64,000 nt of DNA from Rhynchobatus australiae (Eukaryota): positions 47,275,016 through 47,339,015 of the forward strand of contig JAUZTB010000002.1 of NCBI GenBank assembly GCA_034780895.1. The letters run 5' to 3'. The notes under the pieces were generated by a model. The model was not told where the DNA came from, did no database searches, and saw only the letters and a program-made list of their open reading frames with translations. Shown here piece after piece: positions 39,080 through 51,865 of this stretch. Numbering within the stretch: position 1 is the stretch's first letter; every line of letters begins with the position of its first letter. The translations under genes were made by a program, and so were the position numbers.

Positions 39080-39800
39080 TTACAATCACCAATTGTACCC
39101 ACTTGCACCTAAACCCCTTCCCATGTAATGATCCATTTGTGGAGTGGATTTAAATCTCCATCAGAGGGAAGCATGTTGCCCTCAAGGATGATCGAGTGGC
39201 TAGAGAAGTTCACCCTTCTGAGCATCTCCATACCCTCTGCATGCTATAAGGGGTTCAAGTCTTGAAATAATAATTACACCTACAGCGAGGAACAGAGGCA
39301 AAGGGAAATGTGTTTATTGAAGGAGGATGTTATCCATTTAACAAGTTCTAATCCATCGGTAAAACATATTCTGCAGCAAGTCATTGCAATGCTTTTGCTT
39401 CACTGATGTGTTGTGAGCAGTGTATCTGCAACTGCAAAGGAGGACGAGTGGTGAGCATTTATATTACCTGATTTGTCAGCTAGATGTTAGAGGATTGCAT
39501 TGTTGATTGGAATTGTTTTATCTAGTGGTCACCTGGTCTGGGCTCAGACTGTGCAGATTGGTTTTGAGGAACATCTCTCTTTGTTTTTGCTGTGGTGACC
39601 TTCCTCCCACCTGCTGCTGGTAAATGATACCACGGGCCTTCAGCTGGCGGTTCCTCCTCCTCTTGTCCCCACAGGTCTCCATGCTCTTAAGATGCCTACC
39701 TCATCTCTGGAACATGCTGTTGTCTGTGAATGACTGGTTTGTCCACCGTACTGTACACAATAATGAAGTCTATGGTACAGTTATGACAGAGGTCCACTGT
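39080..39800 (-). pseudogene. Possible highly degenerate Harbinger transposase
   Basis: Weak ordered motifs LHSLSPDQV, YRWIR, SHSIIL..LP, LGASGY; convergent with the Myb-like gene. Confidence 0.35.
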
Positions 39801-39832
39801 GGCACTTGGAATAATTCTGTTGTGAGGAAGAT

Positions 39833-39966
39833 AGAGACACAAGAGATTGCAGATGCTGGAACCTGGAGCTAAAAACAAACTGCTGGAGGAACCCAGTGGG
39901 TCAGACAGTGTCTGTGGAGGCAGAAGGATGGTTGGCATTTCAGCTCAAGACCCTGCATCAGGACCG
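39833..39966 (-). mobile_element. Penelope pseudo-LTR fragment
   Basis: 'acacaagagattgcagatgctggaa...gaccctgcatcagg', reverse of 1731-1852. Confidence 0.75.
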
Positions 39967-42900
39967 GGTGACAGTCAAGGTAACCTTGACCTCAATGTTG
40001 AAAGCAGTCCTGACCCAACAGCATAAATGTAAGGGCTTCCCTATGCAACTTGCATATCTCCATCATGACTGAACCTGAAAAGCCTACAAAGACATTGTTC
40101 TTCAGATTAGAAACTATGTTTCTAAAGGTTCTCTGGGAATGGGGTCTTTCATGACCTAGGGGGCAAGTTCCATGACCTAGACTGCAAGGCCAAACATTAC
40201 CACATCAAGTTTTTTTCAGGATCTATTACTATTGGTGTAACTACTGAAGTTAATAGTGCATGAATATTTCACGTGATAAGCGCAGCAAAAGTTACAGACC
40301 ATGAGTTTCCACAGAGATGGTGACTTGCATGGTGTTTCAAGAACCCAACCTGATTTCTGAAGGCAGCCAGTCAGATGTCCAGGTGCCAGCAGCGTAACTT
40401 TAAATGGCAAAACCTGCTGCAAAGTATCTCACAGTTGAACTATGATTGAATCAGGAAAGTGGCAAATCACCTGCATAGAGCTGAATTTACAATGATAAAG
40501 CTGAAGAGGAGAGTACATATAGAATTGGCATCATTACTTGTGCAAATCACAACTGGAGGTTGGTTGCCACCCAACTGTGAATGGTGCATAGCATAGCCGA
40601 GGACACTTTCGTGACAGGCACAACTTCTAATTATTTTTGCCACTATCCCATAAATCCATGTGCCAAACATATTTTATGTGTTATTTGTACATGAAAACCA
40701 GGTGCCAATTTTCAGTCATGAGTCTCTTTGAAAAGTGCTCAAGAAATTTCTCCCTTGGAAGATCTGCAATACTTTCATTGCAATGACAGTTCTCAAAAAG
40801 GAAGATCATGGTCAAAATTAAACCAATATATTCTGTGTCTGCTCATACAAAAAAATTGGTTGGTCACAATAACTTTTCATTAATACAAAGGTTCCCTTGT
40901 GCTCCTTGCTGAAGAACATCAAAATGCACAAATGATTCAAAACCAGATGTTCCAATAAGACCTGAAAATGACTGTTTGTGGTTGAAGGTCTTCTCTTCTT
41001 CACATTTAGTTTAAGGGAACCTAAAATCTAACCCCGTGATGTGAAGCCAGGTGTAGAGAACGGAACACCTACTTACAAATGGAGTAAGAGTCTAATACTT
41101 TCCTGATTATAAATTTACTATTTTCTGGAGAGAGAAAGTTTGAATGAGAGTGCAGCAATCATCCATCAAAAGAATTATCTCCAAAAATATCCAGATTATG
41201 CTTTAGTTTTTTGTTGATTTTACCAGGAGGAAGTATTGGCATGGCTCTTAACTCTCTTCCACTCTGAAAATATCCAAGAATCTTTGCAATTCTCTTTGCT
41301 TGTTGAACACAGTGCAGTCAGGTCATTACTGTTTAGTTCTGCTCATCAATTTATTTATCTTTTCCAAAATGCATTTACCTGATTGCTATCTTTTTGGATG
41401 TTCTTGGCACGTGTCCTTTGCATGGTCTTGTACCTGTGAATAATTTTGGATTAACTGTTTTTGCTCAGTGAGTGGTGCTGAACCTGACGTGTAATTTGAT
41501 GATGCTGGTAGGCATGTTGTTGATAGATTCGTTCAAGGTTATCCGCAGGGTCAGCCGAAGAAAAGAATTCCTGAAAATAACACCTTCCAAATCTACTTAC
41601 AGCCTGCAGCTGAAAATTACTGCTTTGTTTTGCTGTTTTATAAACATTGTTAACCTTATACCAAGCTAAGCAAACTTAATTAGGAAATCATTACTCTTGG
41701 TCTGTGTTTCGGAACTCCCCTCATTAGCATTATTTCCAGGTGGAGTAAGCAGCCTGTTTAGCAGGGTCGGGATTCTTCAGCTGGATGGGAAGGTTATGCC
41801 TGCTGAAGAGTGAACATCACTTTCTTACTGTTTAGTTCAAAAAAGGCTGTGGACATTAAAATGATTTTCATACTTGGTGTCTATTGTGGTCGACTTCTGT
41901 ATGTAAATCATTATCGCATTTGCTCAAAACTTTTTAAGCAACTCAAATGTGCAAGTATGCCTGTGCTGCCCTAATGTTTCAGAGTTGGAGTAAATTTAAA
42001 GTTTGAACAATGGCAGGAATAAAAGCCGAAAACATGGGCCAGTGATCGTCATGCTCCAAATCCACAAAATGGAGAACAGGAAAGTGCAACTGGAAACTGG
42101 TTTGTAGTAGTGATGTATGATTTGAAATTATGAGCAGCCATGTCTTCTATTCACTCTAAGTCATAAAGCACATATTAATACTTCATAATTGTATGTGAAT
42201 TAACCCTCAAAGCTAAAGTGTTAATAGATAATGGAACGGTTCAATGATCTTGTGCTCCCAGTGGAAACTGGCAATTTACATGAGAATGTCTGAGGAAACC
42301 ACAGGTGTTCAGCCCTTGGGTTTTCCAGGTTCCATTACACTTATAACTGATTCTCAAAACAGTGTCCCTCTACTTGGAATCATCCACAATATTGCNNNNN
42401 NNNNNNNNNNNNNNNNNNNNNNNNNNNNNNNNNNNNNNNNNNNNNNNNNNNNNNNNNNNNNNNNNNNNNNNNNNNNNNNNNNNNNNNNNNNNNNNNNNNN
42501 NNNNNNNNNNNNNNNNNNNNNNNNNNNNNTTGTTTTTAGGTTACTTTATAAGTCCGGGTCATGCTGATGATTGCGAAATATCCAATTATTTGACTGCAGT
42601 TGGTAATGTATTTCCCAATAGATGCAATGGGGAAGATCTCCAAACTGGGATATAGATTGTCATTGGAGAAGGACATCATTAGATCTTCCCCTTCGGATGA
42701 GACTGTAACCAATAAGCCAGGGTCAAGTGCCTACCCATTTGTTGAAACTCATCCAGCCTTTCTGTAGCAGTTGATCTGCCCTGTCTGCTGCTGCTTCGCT
42801 GTCCTGTAAAACGTGTTGTTCTAGATGAGAGATAAGCAGCAATAACAATAAATTTCTTTTGACAAACCATCGTTAACGATGTAAAATGTCCAAGTGTCAA

Positions 42901-45654
42901 CCCATGGCACTGAGCAAGAAACAGATTGAAGTTGCTTAAGCATTAACAGTGTTCCTTTTACAATATAGCAAATGTAATGAACTGCTTAAGGACACAAGGC
43001 AGGTTTCCCAATTTAACATTGTTGGCAGATCATTAAATACTTATACGTGAAGAGAGAGGATGACCTACTTCAACTCCAATTCTGTGGATTCTGATGTGAC
43101 TGGTGAGGCCAGTGTGGGACCATAGACGGAATGGTAGTTAGTTGGTTAGGTGTGAGGTCCTCCCACAGTTTGTACTGGGTTTCTGTGTGCTCCCAAAAAT
43201 AATCAATGTTAATGAGAATATCTTGAAATTTCTTCCTAGGAAGTATTTCTTAGCTAACCCTAATATGATAGACACCTCATGTCCTTGGTAAAGAATTTTG
43301 TCAAGACCAGCAGCCCTGACCATGAAATATAATTGCATCTGCACATTGTATTCCCCTCCCAAAATATGGTGCCATTAATTTCAATTTCTAATGGCTTTCA
43401 CTAACTTTTACTGTCTCTTTGGGTTATGGATTGAGGTCAATAATTCTTCAGTTTATCCATCTCCCTTGGATTTCAGTACAAGCAGCATCTGTCCAAATTC
43501 ATGCAACTGTTTTCCTATTTCACATATCTTCTTCTATGCGGCTGTGAACTGGCCAATCATTTCATTTATTCCTTTAATTTTATCTTCTGTCTAAGGATAT
43601 CTTAACTTACAGACTTCTGACTGCTTTCAACAAGTTGTGGTAAAGCCACATTCTGCAGTAGTCAACGATGCATACCTTTCCTTCACAAATGTCTTTGAAG
43701 GGTGCCTTCACTAATGAGTTTCCGAGGCTGGATATGTTGACCTGGAAATTCAATTAGGTAGCACCTATCTTTTGGATGAAATGCAGGCACCGCACAACTC
43801 CGAATGATGCACATCAGCTCATACAGTTTCTCACAGTGCCACATATCACAATATTTACAGTGCTTCTGTACTCAGCCAGGTCATTTGCTTTAATGTTGCC
43901 TGCTCCATCTTGAAACTTCTGGCCACCACTGTTTCCATCCCTTTCCAGCCACCCACGCCCAGCCCATTGATGCACCTGAAATACCTGGCTGGCTGGTTTG
44001 TTTTCTATATTTTGGTTTTTTTCACCCGTGATGTATAAGGGTGTGTTTATTATGAGAATCTATGCTTGAATATTGTTTAAATAATTTACCAAGGTCCATT
44101 GACTGTCAAATGAGAATGAACCTATCAGATAATCAACCCCTGTTTTCTTGAAATGTGAGCTTGCAGATATTTGCTACATTGCTGTACACTGTTAATTAAA
44201 ATCGATACATTTATTTGTACTTCCCCTTTCCTTGGGGTACTTTCTATCCAAATGCATATCATCCAGCCAGCTGAAACAATTCCAGTAGGTACCCTTCCAT
44301 CAGAGAGGAATAAAAGAAAATTTCCTTTGGATNNNNNNNNNNNNNNNNNNNNNNNNNNNNNGTTGTGTTGGTGAACGCTGTGTATCATTTTATAGTTTGT
44401 GTATGTGTGTTTCAAGACCAAATAGATCTGCAAAATCCAATGTCATTGCTGGATGTAGAGCAGTAATTGAAACAAATGCAGTCATTCGTTGGAACTGTCA
44501 AAGTCTATACTTCTGGGAATAATAAATTAGATGTATATCTTTGTATCCTATCTATGAATGAGTACACACAATATGCTCTGAACTTGAAGACTGATTCTCT
44601 CAATGTTGGGGTGATGCTTTTGGAGAATCTTTGCCAAAGATTGTAGCAAAATCACCAAAGTTTATTGCAAAATGCAATCTGTCCTTCCCTCTAGAAACCA
44701 GAAGTAAATCTAATTTATTTTATTTAGTGGGTAAACTAGCATATGGAGCTGACAGCTCAATCTTTATATTCAGCATTGTTGCCAGTAATGTGTCCTCCTG
44801 ACCCATTCCACACTTAATACAAAGTCTCCCTTAAGTTCACAAACAAATTCACAAACACAAATGTGCACAACCAAAAATGCACACATTTCTGGTTAAACAC
44901 GTTTGTGTATGTTTGTGAATCTGTGTACGCATCCTACAAAATCAGTACATTGAAGTATTTAAACTTTTATTGCACTTCTGTCTTGGTGTTTTTCCCCATT
45001 CCAACCTTTATACATGAGTTGCCTTCCACCACCACCAGATGAAAGTTTTAAAATGTTGACCCAGCTAAATAGTCATGGATTCAGTGAGCTTTTACCATGA
45101 ATTTTGCCTTAGTTTAAGTTATTGGCTAGACTAAATGAAGAAACTGAAAATTCTGTTGTTTTCCCAATGAACTGGTTAATGATACTTTTCAATTTCATCA
45201 AATCATAGAGTCATTAGTCATAAAGACATAAGCCAGAAATGAGGCCCTTTGGCCTGCTGAGTCTGTGCAAAAGTGAAGAACCCATTGACACTAATCTTAC
45301 ACCAAATCAATTTTACTCTCCCTTTCCTTCCATGCCATCCTACTGAGACCATTGTAGCTGAGTGCAGATGAGCATTCTTCCCCAAGTGTCCCACTAATAT
45401 CTCAGATAAATGGCAGATATCCCTTGCCATCTTGGGCATGTTGCCTTACCCAAGAAAATTATGTGACCACATCTCAACACCCACCCACTGCAACAGGCAT
45501 GGAATCAGAAATCTAGCAAAATGGGAGAATGTAATTTCTGTCTCAGCACTTCAGTTCTGCAACATCTGGCTCCATGACATGGACAATTTTTTAAAGGCCT
45601 TCCCATTGTTTCCATGTAAATAGCTCTCTGTAGCAAAGCCAAGAAGCAGCATCC

Positions 45655-45735
45655 CCCATAGATGCTGCTCAATCCACTGAGTTCCTCCAGTAAGTTGTTG
45701 CTCCATATTTCAGCATCTTCAGTCTCTTGTGTCTC
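45655..45735 (+). mobile_element. Penelope pseudo-LTR fragment
   Basis: 'gatgctgctcaatccactgagttcctccag...cagtctcttgtgtct'. Confidence 0.7.
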
Positions 45736-48282
45736 CTCTGTACCAAGGCTGGGAGATGAGGGGATGACATAGATCAGTTACCAGCTAATTGAAGTATGGA
45801 AGAACTGCAAAGGGCCAAATGGCCTACTCTTGTAACCATGGTCCTATGTACACTAAGGGATCTCACAGATGCAAGTGAAAGAAGGACTGATTTCACCAAA
45901 AGGCAGACAATACAATGCATAAATAAATCAGCATGACATTACTTTCACAAGTGTTAACATTAGTCGTGTATCCTCATGTGATGATGATTAGATAATTTTC
46001 TGCCTATTTAAATAAATAGTTGGAAAATTAATGTTTGTGGGCCTGACCAGTGCTCCCTGTGAATGTTTTTCTTTGTTATGAGTTACTGGTCAGAGACTGA
46101 GCATTATCATTCACAATATAAATAAATAATGTAATATTCCAAAGATGGAAATCCCTTGAACTTGAAATCTACCACTTTTAGCATCAACCAGTGCTTATAT
46201 ATCTGGCCAACAAGTCATTCAGTCTCAAAACTGCATCCACCATAATAGGGAAAAAGTGTTCAGGATATCGAAGTGAAAGGTGAAATTCAGAGTGACACTG
46301 TTGCATGTTGAACCTATTGACTTTTTATGTGTGTGTCTCTGTAGAGGGCAAAGTGCAGTAGTTAGTCAGAGCATAACTGAAGTCTGGCCTCTATTTTTGT
46401 ACTGATGATAGTATCTCCTCCGATTTGAGTGAAGAAAGGAACCAGCTGGTTGTGCTTGTGCAATAGTCCAACATGTGTACCTCTCCTTATTTTAATTAAA
46501 TAATCTAGTTAAGGAAATGACTGAGACCTTTAGTACATCAAGAGCTTTACTGTTTAAAGTTTCAGCAGTTCAGCTTATGATGAAGATACAAAGGATTTAT
46601 AAATGTGCATGAAATAAAAGCAGTTGATCAGAGTGGAAAAATACTACTTTGTCATGTTACTACTTAAAAGTAAAAATTACTAATTATTTGTTTTCCTGAG
46701 TTTTAGTTTCTTTTGTTTTATCAGTGAAAGCTTGTGATTTTAACCTTCTGAAAAACAGAATGGTTGCATGGTAAAGATGATAATCAAAGTTCACAAAGTT
46801 TTGCTATCATTTCCGCAGAACAAACCTGTAACAAACTCCATGTGATACAGTATCTGCCCTTTTGGTGAAAATCTTTCCTCTTGAAGACCTATAGCCATCT
46901 GTGCTAATTTAGCACAGACTAAATAAAAGTCTTTACCTATTATTGTTACTTTGCAAAGATTAGATTTAAATTCCTCCTTTGTCCTTCTGACTGTTTTAAG
47001 TGTGCTATTGCCTAGAACATTGCTCAAGCAATTGGCCCCAAGGTAAACAAATCTCTTTCCTTGCAGCCATTAGCGTGTGGTGGAGATTTTCCCAATACCT
47101 GTTTTTGCTTAATTTTGCTCAGACAACGTTCTAATCACCCTACACCAAACGTTTTGACAATAGAAAATGCCTTAAGAATGTTCTGAACTATATAAAAAGT
47201 GTGTCCAACCCTTGTGCAATTACCTCTTTGAAAACAGATATTCTTGGAAAGTGAATCAAAGATTCAATTGTTTAAAAGCAGCTGTAATAGATTTTACAAG
47301 AAAAAAAGGTCATAAAATGAGAGTAGACATTCGGAAGTGACCCTTACCAATAGTGGTCATTTTCAGCATCATCAAAACTAACAGATCAGNNNNNNNNNNN
47401 NNNNNNNNNNNNNNNNNNNNNNNNNNNNNNNNNNNNNNNNNNNNNNNNNNNNNNNNNNNNNNNNNNNNNNNNNNNNNNNNNNNNNNNNNCAGATCAGTCT
47501 GTATGCTCATTGAAATTTTAAACCAGCCCATTAGTGAATGTGGGTTTGTTTAATTTTCAGGTTATATTTGCCAGGCTCTCTCTGAGGGCTGGAAAAAAAA
47601 ACCCTCTGAACTGTAAACAAAAAAGCGAATCACAGGAGCCCTGATGCAGGGCCGTTGGCAGATCATGCTGAACTTGTTTCAGCCAGAGCACACTCCGGCT
47701 TCATGGTCAGTGCAAGTCATAGAGCTTCAAAGGTGTGCCCTGTGCTGGAAGCGAGACATTGCAGTGACCCCAAACTCCTGGCAGATTCAGTTACAGTTGC
47801 TGGAATATTCTCAACAAACTGAAAGCACTCCAGCTGCCTGGAGATTCAGAAAACTGCGGCAGTCTTAAAGATATGGTTTTGAAACCAACATCGACAACTG
47901 AGCAAAAATTTGCAACTTGAATTTTGCTGGAGCAGATGTTATCTGCTAGCAATTACCACACTTGTCATCACTTGTGGAAAATGACACAGAAATATACAGT
48001 TTTCAACCACAGATGACCCCACAGACAATGTAATCACTCAATGAAGTTTTTACATTAATTGTTAAATATACAAACACTTACAATGTCTGCAAGCTACAGA
48101 ACATATTGGAACATTCTCAAATGCCATGCTTTTAAACTCAGTTAACCAGGTGGTAAGCTAATATAAATAATGAATTGTGTTCTCTGGCCCACTGATGAGA
48201 GATTGCGAAGCACTGCACTGCATTGCAAGTTCAGGAAAGGAGTTACGAAGGAAATGAATCTTTTCACCATTCATTAGTCACA

Positions 48283-49010
48283 ACATAAGAACACAAGAAA
48301 CAGGAGCAGGCATTGGCCAATCAACCCCTCAAGCCTGCTCTGCCATTCAATAAGATCCTGACTTATTCAACCTTCCTCTTAACACCACTTTCTTGCTCTC
48401 TGTCCATTTCCCTTGACTCCCTTGCAGTTTAAACATGTCACTCTCTGCTTTCAGAATATTCAGTGACTCTTCCACCACAGCTGCAGAGAATTCCAAAGAT
48501 TCACAACCTTCTGAGAGACAAATATCCTCCTCATCTCTGTCTGAAATGGGCACCTCCTTATTCTAATACCATTGCCCCTTGTTCCAGAGACCCCACTTTG
48601 GTGGAAACATCCTCTCAATGTCTGCACTGTGAAACTCTTATGAATAAATGTCTCAATTAGTTGACTTCTCATTTTTCTGTACTCCAATGAGTATAGGCCC
48701 AGCCTACTCAACCTTCTTTCATACATCAACCCTTCATTCCAGGAACCAACCCAATGAATCTTCTCTGCACTGAATCCAATACAAGCACATCCCTCCTTAA
48801 ATATGGAAACCAAATTTATAGAAAATACTCCAGATATGGTCACACCAGTGCTTGGTAAGTTTGCGTCAAAACTTCCCTAAAATTTACTCCATTATCTCTT
48901 GCAATAAAGGCCAATATTTCATTAATCTTCCCAAGTAAGTACTATATCTGCATGCTAACCTTTTGTACTTCATCTACTAGAATCTCCAGCCTCTTTGTAC
49001 TGTAATATTT
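48283..49010 (-). mobile_element. CR1 LINE 3' part
   Basis: YERRLSRLGLYSLEYRKMRSQLIETF; SQKVVNLWNSL. Confidence 0.85.
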
Positions 49011-49111
49011 TGTAGTTACAAACAATCTTCTGGAGGAACTTAGTGGGTCGAACTGCATCTGTGCGGGGGAAAGGATCTATCAATGTTTTGGGTCAAATCT
49101 CTGCATCAGGT

Positions 49112-49620
49112 CTCTGTGGAGCTCAAAGCCATAGAAACTCTCAACTTCTTGTCTATTGGATCATTCAAGACAGTCTCTGACACATTTCATTCACCAGAGC
49201 ATCAGAGTAGTCACTGGGGCTCTCTCCTCATGTAGGAACAACTTCATTTTGTTTTAGATTTCAGTGAGGAGAAAATGACATTACAGACAACATGACTTGT
49301 TGGCCTTCCACAAATGTAGGTCACCATCAAATGATCAAGTAGCTCCATTGCATAACCTGGCTGTCTGCATTTTGAGAGAGGGTTTCCGTTTCCTAAAAGC
49401 CTTGCTGGTCATGGATCATGAGAAGAATTTTAAGGTGAATGCCACCAGGTGAGTGGGGATTTAAGGATAGCTGTGCAAGGATGAGGATAGTAGTGGAGAC
49501 TGCTATCAGTCTCCTGAAGATGAACCTTCCCTGTGTTCATCAGTCTGGGGTGTACTGAAGAACATGCACAACAGGTGCGAAGATTTTAAAATGACAATCT
49601 GAATGTTGACTATCCTTGTA
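49112..49620 (+). pseudogene. Degenerate Harbinger transposase, preceded by a pseudo-LTR fragment at 49018-49111
   Basis: LNFLSIGSFKTVSD..HQSIRVVTGALSSCRNNFILF..VGLPQM..EGFRFLKALLVMDH..VETAISLLKMNLPCVHQSG. Confidence 0.75.
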
Positions 49621-49989
49621 AACAGGAGACATCAGCCAGAGGAAGATCAGAAAAGAGACTCAGAACCTGAGGGCCATGAAGCAGACACAAAAGACAAGAA
49701 AGAGTAAGACAGCAGAGGATATGGAAAGCCAGCAGGAGGAAGGGTACCCTGTCCAAACACACAATATGGGATTCTCTTATAAAGAGACACCTCTTCTAAG
49801 TAGTCTGCATAATCATAGAACATAATAAGAACATAAGTAAGTGCCCTGTGCAAACCAAGTGAAATTTTCATACTTGAGTCATTACCTCCACCACAGTACC
49901 CCAAATGGGATCGTCTCAGAATAGATCAAGCAGCTAAAAACTGGCTATCCATGAACCATGCACAAATAGGAGGACAACTCAAACAGCTT

Positions 49990-50810
49990 ATAACAATTTA
50001 ATCATTCTACTCCCAATTATTAACAAAATGATTGAAGGTGCCAATGACAGTGTTATCAAGGAACTATCATGTAATAATAATCTGCTCACCAATACTCAGT
50101 TTGAGTTTCAGCAGAACACTCAGCTTCAGAACTCATCACAACCTTGGTTCAAACATGGGCCAAAGAGCTAAATCCTAGAAGTGAGGTGAGCATGACATCA
50201 AGACAGCATTNNNNNNNNNNNNNNNNNNNNNNNNNNNNNNNNNNNNNNNNNNNNNNNNNNNNNNNNNNNNNNNNNNNNNNNNNNNNNNNNNNNNNNNNNN
50301 NNNNNNNNNNGACAGCATTTAACCAAATGTAAAGCTGACATCAATGGGCATCAAAGAGAAAACACCCCAATTACCCAATTACCAAACTCATACCTCATAC
50401 AAGTTAAGGTGGTTGTGCTTGCTAGAGGGCAGTCATCCCAGCCCAAGGTTATTACGACAGGAATTCCTTAAGATAGTATCCAAAGCCTAACTTTCTTCAG
50501 CTGCTTCAACAACAATCTTCCTTCCATCATAAGGTCAGAAATGGGAATGTTTGCTAATGCTTCCATGATATTCAACTCCATTCATAACTCCTCAGCAAAT
50601 GAAGCAGCCTATGCCTGCAAGTAGCAAGACCTAGACAACATTCAAACATGGATGATAAGTGGCAAATAGCATTTGTGCCTCAAAGATGAAAGACAATGGC
50701 CATCTCCAACAAAACAGAGTCTAATCATACACCTAATATTCAATTGAATTACCAATGCCTAGTTGCCAATCATCAACATCCTTGGGGGTCAACATTGACC
50801 AGAAACCACA
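49990..50810 (+). mobile_element. Old LINE RT fragment (CR1/Jockey group)
   Basis: NNLLTNTQF.F..LITTLVQTWAKELN.RSEV..DIKTAF; GIP*DS; MFAN(D). Confidence 0.75.
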
Positions 50811-50819
50811 ATGGGGCAT

Positions 50820-51150
50820 ATAAGATTCTGGAAGATATATAAGGGTAGACACTGAGCGAATGTTTCCCCTTGTGGGCATAATTTCAGAGTAAGATGGAAA
50901 TAAAGCGGAATTTCATTTCTCAGGGGCTCCTGAATCTTTGGAATTCTCTATCCCAGAAGTTTGTGGAGGCAGAGTCATTGAGTGTTATCAATGCCCAGAT
51001 ATATAAAAGTATTTTTTGATGTGTTGGGTTGCCTTGGGGTATGGAGTATAGGCAGGAAAGTGGAGCTGAAGCCAAGATCAGCATGATGAAACTGAAGGGC
51101 AGAATAACTCTTTTAATGTTAAGCTTCTGAACCTATGCTTAGAGATACTT
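50820..51150 (+). mobile_element. Degenerate CR1 3' fragment
   Basis: 'gaatctttggaattctcta.cccag...tgtggaggcagagtcattgag'. Confidence 0.7.
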
Positions 51151-51572
51151 TCACTTCCAGAGAGAACCCTGGTGGTGATCATTACATCTGTGACGTGGGA
51201 CTCAGATTTGCCTAATGTTAATGTACTCTTCAAAATTTTCCTGTTCATTACGTTGATTAATACCAATTGATTCAATGTTAAATATTTACACTGTGAAGAG
51301 CCTCCAATATAATTGAGCATGAGTTTCCCATAATTGACTTTCATAAACAAAACCTTTCTAGTCTGATTAATCCATTTTTTAGATTATCCAAACTTTTCAT
51401 TGAATCTCTAACCATGGTTTAATATAATATTCTCTGTAAATTCAGTTCACTCATTTCCCACTAAAATAAATGAGGGCAGACTTTCAAATACTGGTTGCCT
51501 TCTGAACCCATGTATATCATTACGTCCAATGGCTTGTCTTACAATTGTATTTATTATCTATTATGAATACAA

Positions 51573-51865
51573 TAGTGTAGCGGTTAGCGTAACGCTTTAC
51601 AGCACCAGTGACTCAGGTTCAAATCTGGCCACTGTTTGTAAGGAGTTTGTACATTCTTCCTGTGACTGCGTGGGTTTCCTCCAGGTGCTGCAGTTTCCTC
51701 CCATGTTCCAAAGACGTACAGCTTAGGAAGCTGTGGGCTTGTTATGTTGGCGCCGGAAACGCGGTGACACTTGCTGGCAGCCCCCATAACACTCTGTGCA
51801 AAAGATGCATTTCACTGTGTGTTTCGACGTAGATGTGACTAATAAAGAAATCTTGTCTTATCTTA
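51573..51865 (+). mobile_element. V-type SINE (family of 30225)
   Basis: Colinear with 30225-30522. Confidence 0.9.
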
